Shown: piece by piece, positions 1 to 12,934 of the stretch
How the letters are laid out: every line of letters begins with the position of its first letter
Position numbering within the stretch: the stretch's first letter is position 1
Source of the DNA: Azolla caroliniana
Lineage: Eukaryota; Plantae; Polypodiophyta
Assembly: GCA_043228905.1 (NCBI GenBank)
Contig: JBHGNT010000006.1
Location: 15,562,001 to 15,626,000, forward strand
Direction of reading: 5' to 3'
DNA length: 64,000 nt
Notes under the pieces: model-generated
Seen by the model: only the letters and a program-made list of their open reading frames with translations
The model's database searches: none
Told to the model about the DNA's origin: nothing
Translations under genes and position numbers: made by a program

Positions 1-618
1 TTCTTCATTTGTTCTCATCAACCGGCTCGCTAGGTACTTCCTCTTCTACTTCAGTTGGTTCATCATCCGATTCGAAGTCAGCTACTTCATCATCTTCTTC
101 TTCGGATCCGACCGGATTCCTTACGGTCGATCTGGCTCCGGATCTGACTCTGTATCCACATCTGGCTTCCGACTGTTCGTCGATCGATCTGACTCCTTGT
201 CCGGATCCGGTCAGCTCACCTTGTTCTTCAGTCGGCATTCGACTTCCAACTGGTTGGGAGGATGTATTTGAATTCTCTTTCTCCTAGTCAACAATAGTCT
301 TGTCCTCCATGAAGTCTATATCTCTGCTCCCGATCACCTTCTTGATGGCTAAGTCTCATAGCCGGTAGCCAAACTCTTTGTTGTCGTATCCTAGGAATAT
401 GCATGGTAGAGTCTTCGGGTCCAATTTTCTCCTCTAGTCCTTTGCTACATGCACATAGGCAAGATAACCAAACACCCTCAAAGGCCGGTACGTCACGTCT
501 TTGCCGTTCCACACCCTTTGTGGAATATCTCCGTCCAAGGGTACTAAGGGCGATCATCATCGTTGTTGGGATAAAAGTCACACTCCGCCCATCTTGTATC
601 TCTAGTATGAACACATAG
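1..618 (-). pseudogene. Degenerate Ty1/copia integrase C-terminal/linker fragment
   Basis: Minus-strand frames give copia-like text (CIFLGY-like motif near 390, acidic linker in ORF 5..238), broken by stops and frameshifts. Confidence 0.55.
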
Positions 619-694
619 CTAACCTAACTATATAAGTGGGTTACTTACCTTGTAAAGAAGAGTTCAAAGGTTAATGCAACATAGTATTCTTTGA

Positions 695-786
<92 letters not shown>

Positions 787-2650
787 GCAACTATTTGTTT
801 TCATCCTCTTGAATCATTGTTTCTGTTGTTTTCTAGACTCATTGAGAGGTCCTTAATCACGATTCCGCACAAACGACTTCAACAAGTGGTATCAGAGTGA
901 TTTGCAATCCATTCGCAACAACAACACAAATCTGAGAAGAGAAGAATCGGATGAAGGGAAGAACCGGGTCAAAAAAATCTTACTTCCTACAGAACATGGC
1001 TTCTACATCCGATATAGGAATAGAAATCTGAATGTTTGATGACAAAAACTTTGCCCTATGGAAGGAGATGATACAATATGTATTTATCATATAGCATCAA
1101 ATCGAGGCAATACATCACAACAACAAGCTAGTCTCGATGACAGCAGATGAATGGCCTTCACTGGATGAAATAGCCAGGTCGACCATTCGAATCCATCTAG
1201 CCGAGAACGTCTACTTCAGCATAGCCAAAGAGATGATGACATTTACCTTGTGGGAGAAACTCCAGGCCATTTATGAGAAATAGTCCTCCTCATCAAAGCT
1301 CATATTGATCTGACAGTTGTTCAATATGAAGATGAGAGAGACAGATCCGGCGACCTCCCACATTAACACCTTCAGTCGGGTGTTATCCGAACTCTCCTCC
1401 CAGAGGATTAACTTCGAAGAAGAAGTGAAAACCCTTGCTTTACTTTCGAGCTTGCCGGCGAGTTGGGAGGTATTCTGCACGACTTTCACCAACAACTGTC
1501 CAAAGCTGAATCTGGACGAAACAATCGAACAAGTCCTTACTGAGGATATCTAACGAAAATCGATGGGCCTCACCATCAACAACTCATCAGAAGCCCACTA
1601 CTCGACTGAGCCAACCGGAAGTACCGATCGATGAACCAGTTGGTCAAGAAAGAGAGAGAATCGATAGCGGTCGAAGTCGAGAAATAGCCGACCAGGTGAT
1701 TTATGCACGCACTGCAAAAAAGTCAATCACAACATTTTCGACTGTTGGTCGACCAAGAGGAAGGAGAACAGTCCAAGATTCAAGCGGAACTCAAGATGAT
1801 CCAACTCGAACCGTTCTCTAGTCGGCAACCAAATCAATGTTGTCTACTCCCGATTAGGAGAAAACCTCTCTCTAGAAGACTCGGTGATTAGAGAAGTCCT
1901 CTACAGTGCGCAGACGCACAAATGTAGTTATTGAACTTCGGAGCCACATTTCACATAATCCCCAATTCGAATGGTTTTCTAACTATTCTATCGGAGCCAG
2001 CGGCACATTCTGACTGGGCAATGGGCAGGAGTGCAGAATAGCAGGGATCAAAGAGGTCCTCATCCAATTGTCGAATGGCAATACCATCATCCTACACCAA
2101 GTCTGGGACGTACCTACGCTAAAGAGGAATCTGGTCTCCATTGGCATGTTAGTTGAAGCCGGGTACATAACGACTCTTAGTGAGTCATCATGGATGATCA
2201 ACCAAGGAAATTTGAAAATCAGGAGTGGATGCAAGCACAATAACTTGTATCCACTAATGGTGATCAGTCCACAAGGGGTCGTGAACATAGCCGAATGTGG
2301 GACTTAAACCTTTAGTATAGCCGACTTGGCCATATGTCACAAGCTGGACTAGAACAACTAATGGTGATCGGCTACATCCCGAAGCTCCAGACAAAGACGA
2401 AATTTTGTGAGCATTGTTGTGACGGGAAAGAATCTCGAAGTTTGCACTCTCTCCACTATGAGACGATACAACTCCTAGAATTGGTCCACACATATATATG
2501 TGGGCCAATGCCCGAGAGGTCACTAGGAGACTCCCGATACTTCATCACATTTGTAGATGATTGTACATGGAAGGTCTAGGCCTACTCGATTAGGTCGAAA
2601 GACGAAGCGCTCGCGGTCTTCTCTGTGTGGTTGGCCGAAGTAGAGAACTA
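619..2650 (+). mobile_element. 5' part of a degenerate Ty1/copia element: partial LTR, PBS, gag, protease, GAG-pre-integrase, start of integrase
   Basis: LTR end CTTCAACA at 884 and PBS TGGTATCAGAG at 887-897. ORF pieces LALLSSLPASWE (gag), VPTLKRNLVSIG, LELVHTYICGP and YFITFVDD. Left boundary approximate. Confidence 0.8.
698..784. repeat. (CT)n microsatellite inside LTR
   Basis: About 43 perfect CT units seen directly. Confidence 0.95.
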
Positions 2651-4750
2651 CACCAATGACTTCAATAAACACTTCAACCCAAAACACCTTGAACAGTTTT
2701 GCATGTGCAAGCATGCTCCAGGTTCTCTCCATGACAGTCCAGTTTATTCTCTCAGCCATCTCGTTCAGCTCTGGCATCTTCGGCACGATGTATTCAAGTT
2801 GGATTCCCTTCAATCGACAATACTCCTCAAACAACCCTTGGTATTCTCCTCCATTGTCTTCTCGAACCGCTTTCAGCTTCTGGTCAGTCTCTCTCTTGGC
2901 TTTCGCTTGGAAATCCTTGAGGACCAACAACACCTGGTTACTTGATCTTCAATACGGAAGCCCAAAACTTCTTGTTGTAGTCGTCTATGAAGGTCACAAA
3001 ATAATGTGAACCAACATGAAACTTTGTATCTACATGACATACATCTGTATGCACGAGTTCTAACAACATCTTCTTCCTCATCGGGGGCTTGGATCAGAAG
3101 GAGGCTCTGTTCTACTTTCCAACCAAGCAATTGGTGCACTTCTCAAGATGCACATTCTTTATCTCCGGTATGAGATTTTCGTCGGCAAGCTTCTGCATCC
3201 CCTTCTCACTCATGTGGCATAGCCTCTTGTGCCACAACTCACTGGTTGTGTTGGCTGCCACATTTACTTCCTCCCAGCATAATCCGGCATGCATCAAATA
3301 CAATGTGTTTGACTTTCGGGCTCGGGCCACAATCAGGTTTCCCTTGTAGAATTTTATAGTGTCATTCCGGAAGCTACTCGTGTAGCCTTCAACATCTAGC
3401 TGATCGACTGATATCACATTCAATCTGACCTCCGGAATGTGTCACACATTTTTCAGCACCAATCTGCACCTAGTTGAAGTTAACAAGCACATATCTCCAA
3501 TACCGATGATTCGGCATGCTCCTGGTCCCTCATTTCCCATCTCCACAAAACCGTGGTCTCCGGTTGTGTATGATGAGAAGCATTTCCGGTCGGGGGTCAA
3601 GTGGAATGACACTCTGAAGTCGACCACCCACGTCATTTTGTCGCTAACAAGGTTCACTTCATTTTGCTCGCTAATCAACAACTCCTCACTTGTTGAGATC
3701 ATTGAGGTGCATTTTCTATCCGGAATCTTATTCTGCTCTACACCATCAACTCCCACTTTGTCTTTCTGGAAGTGTCGACAATTCTTTTAGAAGTGCCCCG
3801 ACTTCCCACAATAGAAGCAAGTGGGCCTCCCCCTCGACTTTGACCTCGTCCCTGACTTTTCCCTATTCTAGGGACTTCTATTCCGGCCTCTTCCCTAGTT
3901 CATGTCACCTTTTGTGACTAAGGCCTTCGAGTCGGTTATGGACTCTCTGTCCTTTCTGCGAGCTTTCTCATTTAACAAGCTCGACTTCACCGTCTCGAGG
4001 GATAAATTCTTCCCTTCTGGTCTGGCGTTTCCTAATGTGACAACTGGCGTTTCCTAGTTGTCAAGAAGGGTTTACATACAAGCATACACCTTTACATACA
4101 AGCATATCCCGCATCTTCGACTTCCACACATAGTAGTTGGAGCCGGTTAGCTTGAACATTCCACCGAATGAATCTTCTATTTTCTTTCACTTAAGGTTAT
4201 GAACCTTGCTCTAATACCAATTGTTAGGGAATGAGACTTAGACACAACCGAATGACAAGCAGAAGTAGGGAAAACAAAGTGTTAAACACAAAGATGATGC
4301 AACGGCACAGTCACAGAAGACGTTAACGTGGAAAACCATGTAATGGGAAAAACCACGGGAGCCGACAGACTCCGAACTCTTCCACTATAAGAATAGAGAA
4401 TACAAGGAGACTCACAGGCAACAACCTTGAGCTCATCTTCGTCTAACTAATGGTTGCACACACACTCACTCTCTACTCCACACACAGATTACAACTCTGT
4501 GTACAGTGATAACTAACTTTGCGACAACACACGCTTTGACTTTCACACACATATATAATGATTTGCCCAAGGTGTATTTATACTAATACACACTATGGGC
4601 TATTTACAAATATAGCCTCTAATTGGCCACGGCTCGATTGGGTTTCCGAATGCTTTCCATATGTCTATTGAATGTCTTCCGACTGAAACGGTTCCTCGTC
4701 CGGAACCGGCTGTTCAATGCGTCCCATCCGAAGGGACTTGTTTCCCAACA
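2651..4750 (-). mobile_element. 5' half of a degenerate Ty1/copia (Tork/Tnt1-like) element with 5' LTR 4222-4750
   Basis: LTR TG...CA at 4222-4750, Met-type PBS (rc TGGTATTAGAGC) at 4208-4219. ORF pieces WVVDFRVSFH (protease), LWHKRLCHMSEKG and DNGGEY...ERINWT (integrase). Confidence 0.85.
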
Positions 4751-5670
4751 AGCGGTTGCATTTTTCGTACCAATGAATACCCAATTGTTCTTAAACTATA
4801 TTTACTTCTCACATTGTGCTTTATTTTAAGACCATGGATATTGTAACAAGGATTAAAGTTCTCTAAACCTCTCACACATACATGACTACACTGCATCGGT
4901 TATAAAAAAGGCATGGATAATTTTCAATGTACAATGTTGAACCAAAACCAAGGTTTGGTTCACAAAATGTGGAAAGGTCATATGTGCCCAAAACCAATGA
5001 CACTTTTATTCATTTTCTATTGAACCACCATGTCTCCTACCCTCTTTTATGAACATCAGCTTCATTTTCATTGATATTATTATGGAAATGTGTCCATCAC
5101 CTTTTTCCCTAAAAATACAACGGGACAAAGCTCCAAGACATTTTATTGCTCCGTGGGCAATCTTTCGCTCCAACATTCGCTCATCATTATGATTGTATAA
5201 CATGAGTTTGCTGTATAAATACAACTGAATTATTTTAAACCTACCATTTCTCACATCCCAACCCCAGCCTCCCATCTAAGAAGGTCCATCCATGTAGTCC
5301 TCAACAGTATTTCAATCTATACATACATTTGGGGTTATGCAGGAAAACGTTTCCACTTGTAAATAAAATACAAACCATTTGCATAAACAAAGCCGACTAA
5401 ATACTTCTTTTTCCATCAATAACAAAAATGGGGCATCAGAGTTGCATTCATGTGAAATCCTTTTCTGCTTTTCATTGGGAGTAGGAATAGGAAATTTTAA
5501 TTTGTGCTATAATACATTTGAGAAGCATTACCCATTTGTCGTAAGCAACAACGGATTACACCTTACGTCAAGAGATTCAATAAATAAATACAATGGGTAG
5601 GAATCACAATCTTGCAAAAAGACTCTTCTTCCCCATATAACTATGTGAGATAAGAGGGAATGTAATGAAG

Positions 5671-7253
5671 CTATTCTATAATACACCGAGAAGCACTTTT
5701 TGCTAAGACGACTCGACGCCTCTTACCAAACCATTTGCTTAGCCACCATGGGTCAATGGAGATGATTTTGTAGCCATTTCTTGCATATAGCAACCTTGCT
5801 GCTTTGTCATCCTCATAGGCTTGAAGCACAAGAACCTCAAAACCCCATTCCGATGCTATCAAGTCACAAGCCTCAAGTAGAACAGTTGCTACCTTTTGCC
5901 TTCTGATCTCGGAAAAAATAAACGATAATTCTTAAAGCACTAAGTGTATAATCCTCTCTAGCTAAATAAAAGTAACATAAATAGATAAATAAAAACACCC
6001 ATAAAATGAGAGATTCAAACAAGAAAAAAAGGGAATAAGAATCTATCCTATTTTGCTCTCTGAAAAATAACTACTCTTCATTTCTATTTCTTCGGTTTCA
6101 TTTTCAAATGATGGCCATGTGAACCTCAGACCAAAGTATAAGAATCTACAATATAAGGACATCAACCATTTGAAGGAAATTTGATGGAAACTTGATGCAT
6201 GCAATGCGACTAGGTTATCCTAGGAACATAGCCCATATCCGATAGTGATTTTTGTTTTAACTTTTGTTTTAATACTTTTGTCATCATACATTGCAACATA
6301 AGCTTTTAATGCATGGTAACGACCAAGCCATATTTGAATTTTAGACACATATAACTCGACGTTTGGATTTGAATCTACTCTTATAATGTTGGAACACACT
6401 TCTACAGAGCATGTTTTGCCTTCTTCTTGTTTTGGGCCCTAGATAATAAACTCAAATATCCATTACCTTCATTCAAGCAGAGATAATTAAAAATCCAGCA
6501 AAACACAAAACTCATATTCCTGGGCCAGACAATATGTTACATATCTTCATTGTGCATTATTTCTTAAGAACCTTGCTCATCAAATGTACTGAAGTGATGA
6601 TCATGAGTTTTAGGCATCCAATTTGACTATGACCAGATAGCCTCCTTTGTACATACAAACAAAAGCCATACATCTCCATACACAAGAATTTCATTTCATA
6701 TCTATTATTATTTATCAAACGAATATATACATACAAAAACACAACACAAGTACTACAAGCACGTACATTTCTTATCTCCCAATGATCGATCAAATATATA
6801 CATACACACACATAAACATGCTTGCATTTCAATCTATTTATGATTTATTAAATGAAGCACCTGTATGCATTATCCACAGCCATCCCACTGATGTATAAGT
6901 ATTCACTTGTACCAGGAAAACACATCAACACATTTGCATCAGCCATAGCCGCAGCATCCACTGCACCAACTATCTTCCCTCCTCCACCCTCTGCTGAATC
7001 AGGTACTGCAGCTAAACATGCAAACCTATTATTGAACAAAGAAAGAGAAAGATATTTCAAACTTGCATCCATTAAAGATGACTTTATATGAATGCATGCA
7101 AACATATAGGATGTGTTAAATGTATGCCAAGAATTTAAGCAAAAAATGTGCAAACAATGAGACGACACCTGTTAGGCCCAGCATTGCGAATTTTGTATAG
7201 GATACTGCTCAAAACCTCAGCCTGCATGAAGAAGAACATTCAGCGATACAACG

Positions 7254-7291
<38 letters not shown>

Positions 7292-8028
7292 GTATATGTA
7301 TATATATGGAGAGAGCGAAAGAGAGATGAGAAATGTCTGAGAAGAAATTGTGGAGTAATTTAATAATTGCACCAAGCAAGAAGAACTAGGGAATCCCTTC
7401 TGAGTTTTCCATTACCTCCACACACACACACAGAGGAAAAAACTAAATGGCCTTTGTCAACCCGCTCCTCAGAAAATTGTTGTTATTATAATGTGTTAAC
7501 CCTTCAATGGAATTGGGAGAAATAATGAAAATGCTAGGAGCGTGTAATTGTCGTGGAAGTATGAGCAGAAGAAAGAAAACAAACCTTGAAGAGGTAGAAG
7601 AAGAAATCGTTCAGAAAGGGTGTTGGAGTATGGAAGACCTGTGCTTGAAGTTGAGCAAATCTTCGAAGCATCTCTAAATCATTGTGGTTTACAAGGAGAA
7701 CTCCCCACCCATGAGAAACACAGAGAAATCCTGATGCGTTCCTCTGAGCATCTTCTTCTTTAATTACCTGTGGAAAAGAAATGACTGCTTCTTCTACTAC
7801 TTGTGTTTGTTCAAGTCCGACCTCGTTAATAGGAGAGGCAGAACATGGACAGACTGGAGCGATGGAAGCTTTGGATGTGAGTTTTAACCACGTTTCTTGA
7901 GGAAATCCAAGTCGGTAAGCATGAAGCTTTCTGTGATTAGCAACAGTATACGATAGCGATGTTGGAGCAGTACAGTCGAAATGTAGATCAAACGGAGCTC
8001 TGCTTATGACGAAATGAAGAGTCGACAT
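5671..8028 (-). CDS. GNAT10: Chloroplast-type GNAT family N-acetyltransferase, 4 exons, 297 aa (GNAT10/At1g72030-like)
   Basis: Exons 8028-7585, 7221-7169, 7025-6861 and 5902-5671 with GT-AG introns splice into one 894-nt frame. Motifs FACLAA, EYLYISGMAVDNAYRRQKVATVLL (acetyl-CoA motif A), WGFEVLVLQAYEDD and LYARNGY. Ser/Thr-rich transit-peptide-like N-terminus. Orthology assigned from recall. Confidence 0.88.
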
Positions 8029-8057
8029 GAAGAAGACAGAATTGCAAAGATACAGAG

Positions 8058-8215
8058 GAAACCCTAATCCTACAGAACAGAAGAGAAGAGAAGAGAGTGA
8101 AGAGAGTAGTGAGCAGAAAGGGAATTAGAGGAAAAACCCTAACCCTAGGAAGGACAGCGAGAGTGGATCCATCCATCCGACGGGGGCGGGGCATCTGCGC
8201 GTGCGCCACGTGGAC
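8058..8215 (-). promoter_or_regulatory. Proximal promoter/5' region of the GNAT gene: G-box, GC box, telo-boxes
   Basis: GCCACGTGG (CACGTG 8207-8212), GGGGCGGGG near 8183-8191, AAACCCTAA near 8059 and 8134. Confidence 0.5.
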
Positions 8216-8301
8216 ATAGGGAAATTCTCCCACGTTGCGATTAAGCTGCTGACGTGGAAGGATCCTGTTGGTGGGTTTGGCAGAGGAGGTTGGTTATGTA
8301 C

Positions 8302-8334
<33 letters not shown>

Positions 8335-8599
8335 TGTACATATACATATGTATACGGTTTAGGGGTTAGGGTTAGGGTTATATAAAATCTCTCCTCTTTT
8401 TTTCCTCTTTCCTCTCCCCTCTCCATGACTTTGCACTTGCGTGTCCTCCCTCCCTCCCTCCCTCCCTTTCTTTCTTTCTTTCTTTCCAAATCCAATCGCA
8501 TGCCATCCCTTCCTCCCTCCCTCCGCTAGGGCTTCGGACCACATATAATACATATACCTCGTCCAAAGAAGAGAGATGTCCAGCCACCACTATTTCTCG

Positions 8600-9325
8600 T
8601 TGCCCGAACACCGATTTCTCTCCGGAGAATCTTAAAGCCGCACCTTCTAACCATTGAAATACCATCTCAAAATCATTGATATGGCTTGAAACGGGGCACC
8701 CACATCTATCTTTGTCTTGGGGTTGCATTCTTCTCCAACTTCGAACAGCCTTTTATAGGATTCATGAATATCATTGAGGAAAGGCATCGTGAAATTCGGA
8801 ATGCAGTTTGTCAGTTCTTTGTTTATCATATTCATGATATGAGCCACCCGAGTTCATCGTAGCAAGGTTGACGAATAACGAAGTGGAACCTTTAAAATTG
8901 ACAATCTACAAAACTAGTCTCATCCTTACTAACCCAATGGGAATTTGCATAGTGGTGATATTTTCGCTATCTAAGGCTAGTTCAAATTAGTCATACCCTA
9001 AATGGAGATCTCCAAACGAGTAAATAGAGTTTGTTGTAAAGGTTTCGACAAATTCATCCATATTTGGCCCAACTCTAGCATTACGAATGGTAACTTAATT
9101 AATTGGCTAGAAGTCCTGGATGAATCAAAGTGTCCCATTCTTCGAGAAGGGATAATAATTTCGGTGATTCAAGAAGTCCCAATCGTTACTTTCTCTTTCC
9201 GCAATACTATTTAGCTTTGCGATATGAGTCCTTGGAACAACTCATTTTCAACATCCATGGTACATGTGGTATTGTGAATATGACCATTGGTTCTACGAGG
9301 GTAGGATCAACATGTAAATAATCAA
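8600..9325 (-). pseudogene. Highly degenerate Ty3/gypsy RT remnant
   Basis: Minus-strand pieces such as IPNFTMPFLNDI and RIGHFDSSRTSS; many stops. Confidence 0.5.
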
Positions 9326-9326
9326 G

Positions 9327-10140
9327 TGTATGATTACGTTGTGCAGAAGTAGATTAGAGATGTGTGTGTGTGTGTATGAGAAGAGAGAGAAGATAGACAC
9401 AAGGTAGAAAAACAGAAATTGTATATTCACAAGAATATGAAAGGCAACCAATTGTTACAAAGGAAGAGAGGAGGGTGCTTACAAGGTCACCCTCTCTCTA
9501 CTCTCTCACTAAAACGACCTTCTTGGGAAAGGGAGGAAACCTTAACTAACTCTTTAACTATGTGTCATAGAAGTTATAGTCGATGACACATTAGCTATTG
9601 TTACATAGTGGTGTGTGTTCACACACTTCATTGTTCTTAAGGTTTGTTCACACTCTAGTTGAGTTTGATTCTCAACACGCCCCTTCAAGCTCAACTTGGT
9701 GTAAGTTGGCTTTCGGCCTTGATGTCCGATTTCAGCTTTGGTTTTGCTCATTCATTCGCTTTCGGCTCCACTAGTGTCTCCAACATGAATTGCCGAAGTT
9801 TGTCATCTCCTAGCACTTTCGTGAAGATGTCGGTCGTTTGAAGATTCATGTTGATGTGTTGAAGGTCGACATCCCCCGCAATGACATGGTTCCGGATGAA
9901 GTGGTAGTGCAACTTGATATGCTTTGTCCGAGCATGGAATATCGGGTTTCAAGCAAGATGTATACTATTGAGATTGTCGCAGTATATTAGGATTGGATCA
10001 TTGATGGAGACGTCCAGATCCTTCAGAATCCTATTGAGCTATATGACTTCACATGTAGCCACGAGTGCGCCCCTATATTCGGCGTCTAGCTCGATAATGC
10101 AACGGTCAGTTGCTTCTTGCTGCTTTGCTAGTCAACTTTG
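9327..10140 (-). mobile_element. 3' end of a Ty1/copia element: RNase H remnant, PPT and 3' LTR
   Basis: LTR edge CTCAACA at 9677 next to rc PPT GCTTGAAGGGGCG; RNase H text (YCDNL, HARTKHI, DIFTK) upstream. Outer LTR edge approximate. Confidence 0.7.
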
Positions 10141-10256
10141 TTAGTAAAAAAAATACTTTTCATTTGTGAAGTCAACTTTGCTAGTCAAAAAAATACTTTT
10201 CATTTGTCAAAGAGCATGCCTTATGAATGAAAGGTCAATTGATTGAATCTAGTAGG

Positions 10257-10742
10257 TGTTAGGGAACAGGTTCCTCAGGATGGGAAGGAGAGCGTGAGTC
10301 GGAGAGAAGAGTAAGCTAAATCGGCACCTCAGTCGAATTGGGAATAATAATTGATTTGGCAAATAGCCTAATCGGCCGAAGCTGACTCAGGGTTATATTT
10401 GTAAATAATCCATATTGTGTATGAGTATAAATACACTTAGGGCAATTCATTATAGGTGTGATGAATCATTAGTGTAACAAGTGCATCAGTAAGGGGGAGA
10501 GTGAGAGAGGGAAGAAGAACTCAAGGTTATTTCCTTGAAGTTTCTTTGCGTATATTCCTCCCACCATAGTCATATTGTTCGGAGTTTGTGGACTCCTGTG
10601 GTTTTTCCCTCTTTGGGTTTTCCACTGTAAACACTTGTGTCTCTATACTCTTGTCTTTCTGTTTGTCTGTGTAGTGTCGTCTTGATCTTTGCACTCCACA
10701 TATGCACGTGACAACCGCTTGTGGCCGGTGGAATCCTCATCA
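10257..10742 (+). mobile_element. Solo LTR (copia-like)
   Basis: TGTT...ATCA termini, perfect 5-bp TSD GTAGG (10252-10256 and 10743-10747), internal TATAAATA. Confidence 0.85.
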
Positions 10743-11296
10743 GTAGGATATAGAGTTAGAGGTGGTTTTCTAAAGTAGAAAAAGTTAAGAAAAAAAAGTG
10801 GAAATAAAACAAGGCGTGGATATAAAGAGCTAGGTAGAGAAAAAAGCTCATAATTTCTTAGTCCGATATCTAAATTAGAAAAGAAAACATGCATAAGAAA
10901 GTTAACTTGAAGGGCTTTCCAAGACTAGTTTGCATGTGAAATGTGAGCTACAAACAAGAAATAGGGATGAGAAGAAAAACCGTCTAACATAGACAAGCTT
11001 CCTTTTTCGGGGGAATAAAAAGCAAGCAATAGAAAGCTATAAATAAGAGCTTATTCTTAAGAAGAAGGGGGGGGGGGGGGGGGGGGAATCATCAACATCA
11101 AGAGGTAACACCGAACACAGAGCTCTCTCTTTTATACTCCGCCCACTTCTTTTCTCCATCTTTATTCCCCCTTCCTTTATAAATTATCTCTCATATAAAA
11201 ACAAACCCATTGTAACTTGATTCTTATTTTATAAAAGAATCTCTTATTTTATAATCAAGTAATGTTTGCAACCTACGTGTCTTATGTGTTCTTGTC

Positions 11297-11920
11297 ACTT
11301 GCTCTTGTGTGTTTGTGTGCCTTGTGATGAGGGAGCGCTTTGGGCTTGCCTATGCACCTCTCCTCTCCTTTCACAAAGGCATTCAAACTTTTGTGTCTCG
11401 TGTGTAAATCTTGCTTGTGTGTTTGTGTGTCTTGTGATGAGGGAGTGTTCGGACTTGCCTAGGCACCTCTCCTTTCACAAAGGCATTCGAACTTTTTTGT
11501 CTCATGTGTAAATCTTGCTTGTGTGTTCGTGTGTCTTGTGATGGGGGAGCGTTTCGGGCTTGCCTATGCACCTCTCCTTTCACAAAGGCATTCAAACTTT
11601 TGTGTCTCATGTGTAAATCTTGCTTGTGTGTTCGTGTGTCTTGTGATGAGGGAGCGTTCGGACTTGCCTAGGCACCTCTACTTTCACAAAGGCATTCGAA
11701 CTTTTGTGTCTCATGTGTAAATCTTGCTTGTGTGTTCGTGTGTCTTGTGATGAGGGAGTGATTGGACTTGCCTAGGCACCTCTCCTTTCACAAAGGCATT
11801 CAAACTTTTGTGTCTCTTGTGTAAATCTTGCTTGTGTGTTCACATGTCTTTTGACGAAGGGGTGTTCGGGCTTGCCTATGCACCTCTCCTTCTCACAAAG
11901 GAATTCAAACTTCCATGTCT
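11297..11920. repeat. Tandem array of ~104-bp units (about 6 copies)
   Basis: TGTGTAAATCTTGCTTGTGTG recurs at 11401, 11505, 11610, 11714 and 11818. Confidence 0.9.
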
Positions 11921-12659
11921 TGTACGTTGTTATCCGTTCCCTTGGGTGAACACCTTCGATAGATCTGTGGCTATCGGTATTCAAGGGCGTGGTACGTGAA
12001 GGCTCGTAACAGAGGCGCCGAGGGAGAGATAGTGCTCAGAGAGAAAACACTAACGAGATCTTGACAGGCGTGGGCGGCGCTCAAATCATAGGTATGAATC
12101 AAAGCACAGACACATGGAGCAAACTGGGCACAATTCAGATATATTATTGCGACAGAAGAGATTACAGAACACGGCCTACGGCCGGTGACCTTACAAGATT
12201 AGCTAGTTACGGGGGACTCAGCTAGTGCTTCCGCCTATATTTTTCTTCTCCCCCCTCCTCTGAGGTATTGGTCCTCGTTTAAATAACTTTTCCCCTAATA
12301 CACAGCCGAGCCGTCGGTGACCCGTGATACTCGGACTCGGCGTTTGCTAATTTCCTAATTTTACATTTCTGTCCTCTGGACAACACCTAGCACGCCCGTG
12401 GGACAAGACCTACGGGCCTACGGCCGTGGGACAAGAACATGGCCTACGGCCGGTGACCTTACAAGATTAGCTAGTTACGGGGGACTCAGCTAGTGCTTCT
12501 GCCTATATTTTTCTTCTCCCCCCTCCTCTGAGGTATTGGTCCTCGTTTAAATAACTTTTCCCCTAATACACAGCCGAGCCGTCGGTGGCCCGTGATACTC
12601 GGACTCGGTCGGCGTTTGCTAATTTCCTAATTTTACATTTCTGTCCTCTGGACAACACC

Positions 12660-12676
12660 TGGCACGCCCGTGGGAC
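12660..12676 (+). other. Inverted tRNA-Arg-type PBS at the PPT position (second, mutated copy at 12388-12404)
   Basis: TGGCACGCCCGTGGGAC two nt inside the 3' LTR edge; no purine tract present. Confidence 0.8.
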
Positions 12677-12934
12677 AAGACCTTGTCTGTCGGACCCACG
12701 ACTTACAAAATACTAACAATATTACAAAAATTGCCTTTTAGGCGTGATCCTCGTTTCATTCCTCTTTTAAGATGTCGAGGATGTTTTCGGGGTCCGGGGT
12801 GGTGGCAGGGTGGTCTGGTTGCATTGTCGGTGCGGGGGGTTGAGTTTGGTCCGGGGGTATCATATCTTCTCAGGCGTCCACTTCAGGTGCAACCGATTCT
12901 TCTGGTGGGGGTGTGGGTTCGAGGGCGCTGATCT

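Noticed and set aside
8358-8380. Interstitial telomere or chromosome-fusion scar
   Set aside because: Only about three units; better explained as promoter telo-box-like sequence
10700-10790. Hammerhead ribozyme/retrozyme (rc CTGATGAG)
   Set aside because: No GAAAC partner or closing stems; the motif is formed by the solo-LTR end plus its TSD
11067-11086. G20 run as a functional G-quadruplex
   Set aside because: Homopolymer inside degenerate LTR-like sequence; length is unreliable and nothing else supports a function
11297-11920. Possible CRISPR array
   Set aside because: Whole 104-bp units repeat with no unique spacers; eukaryotic context and no cas genes
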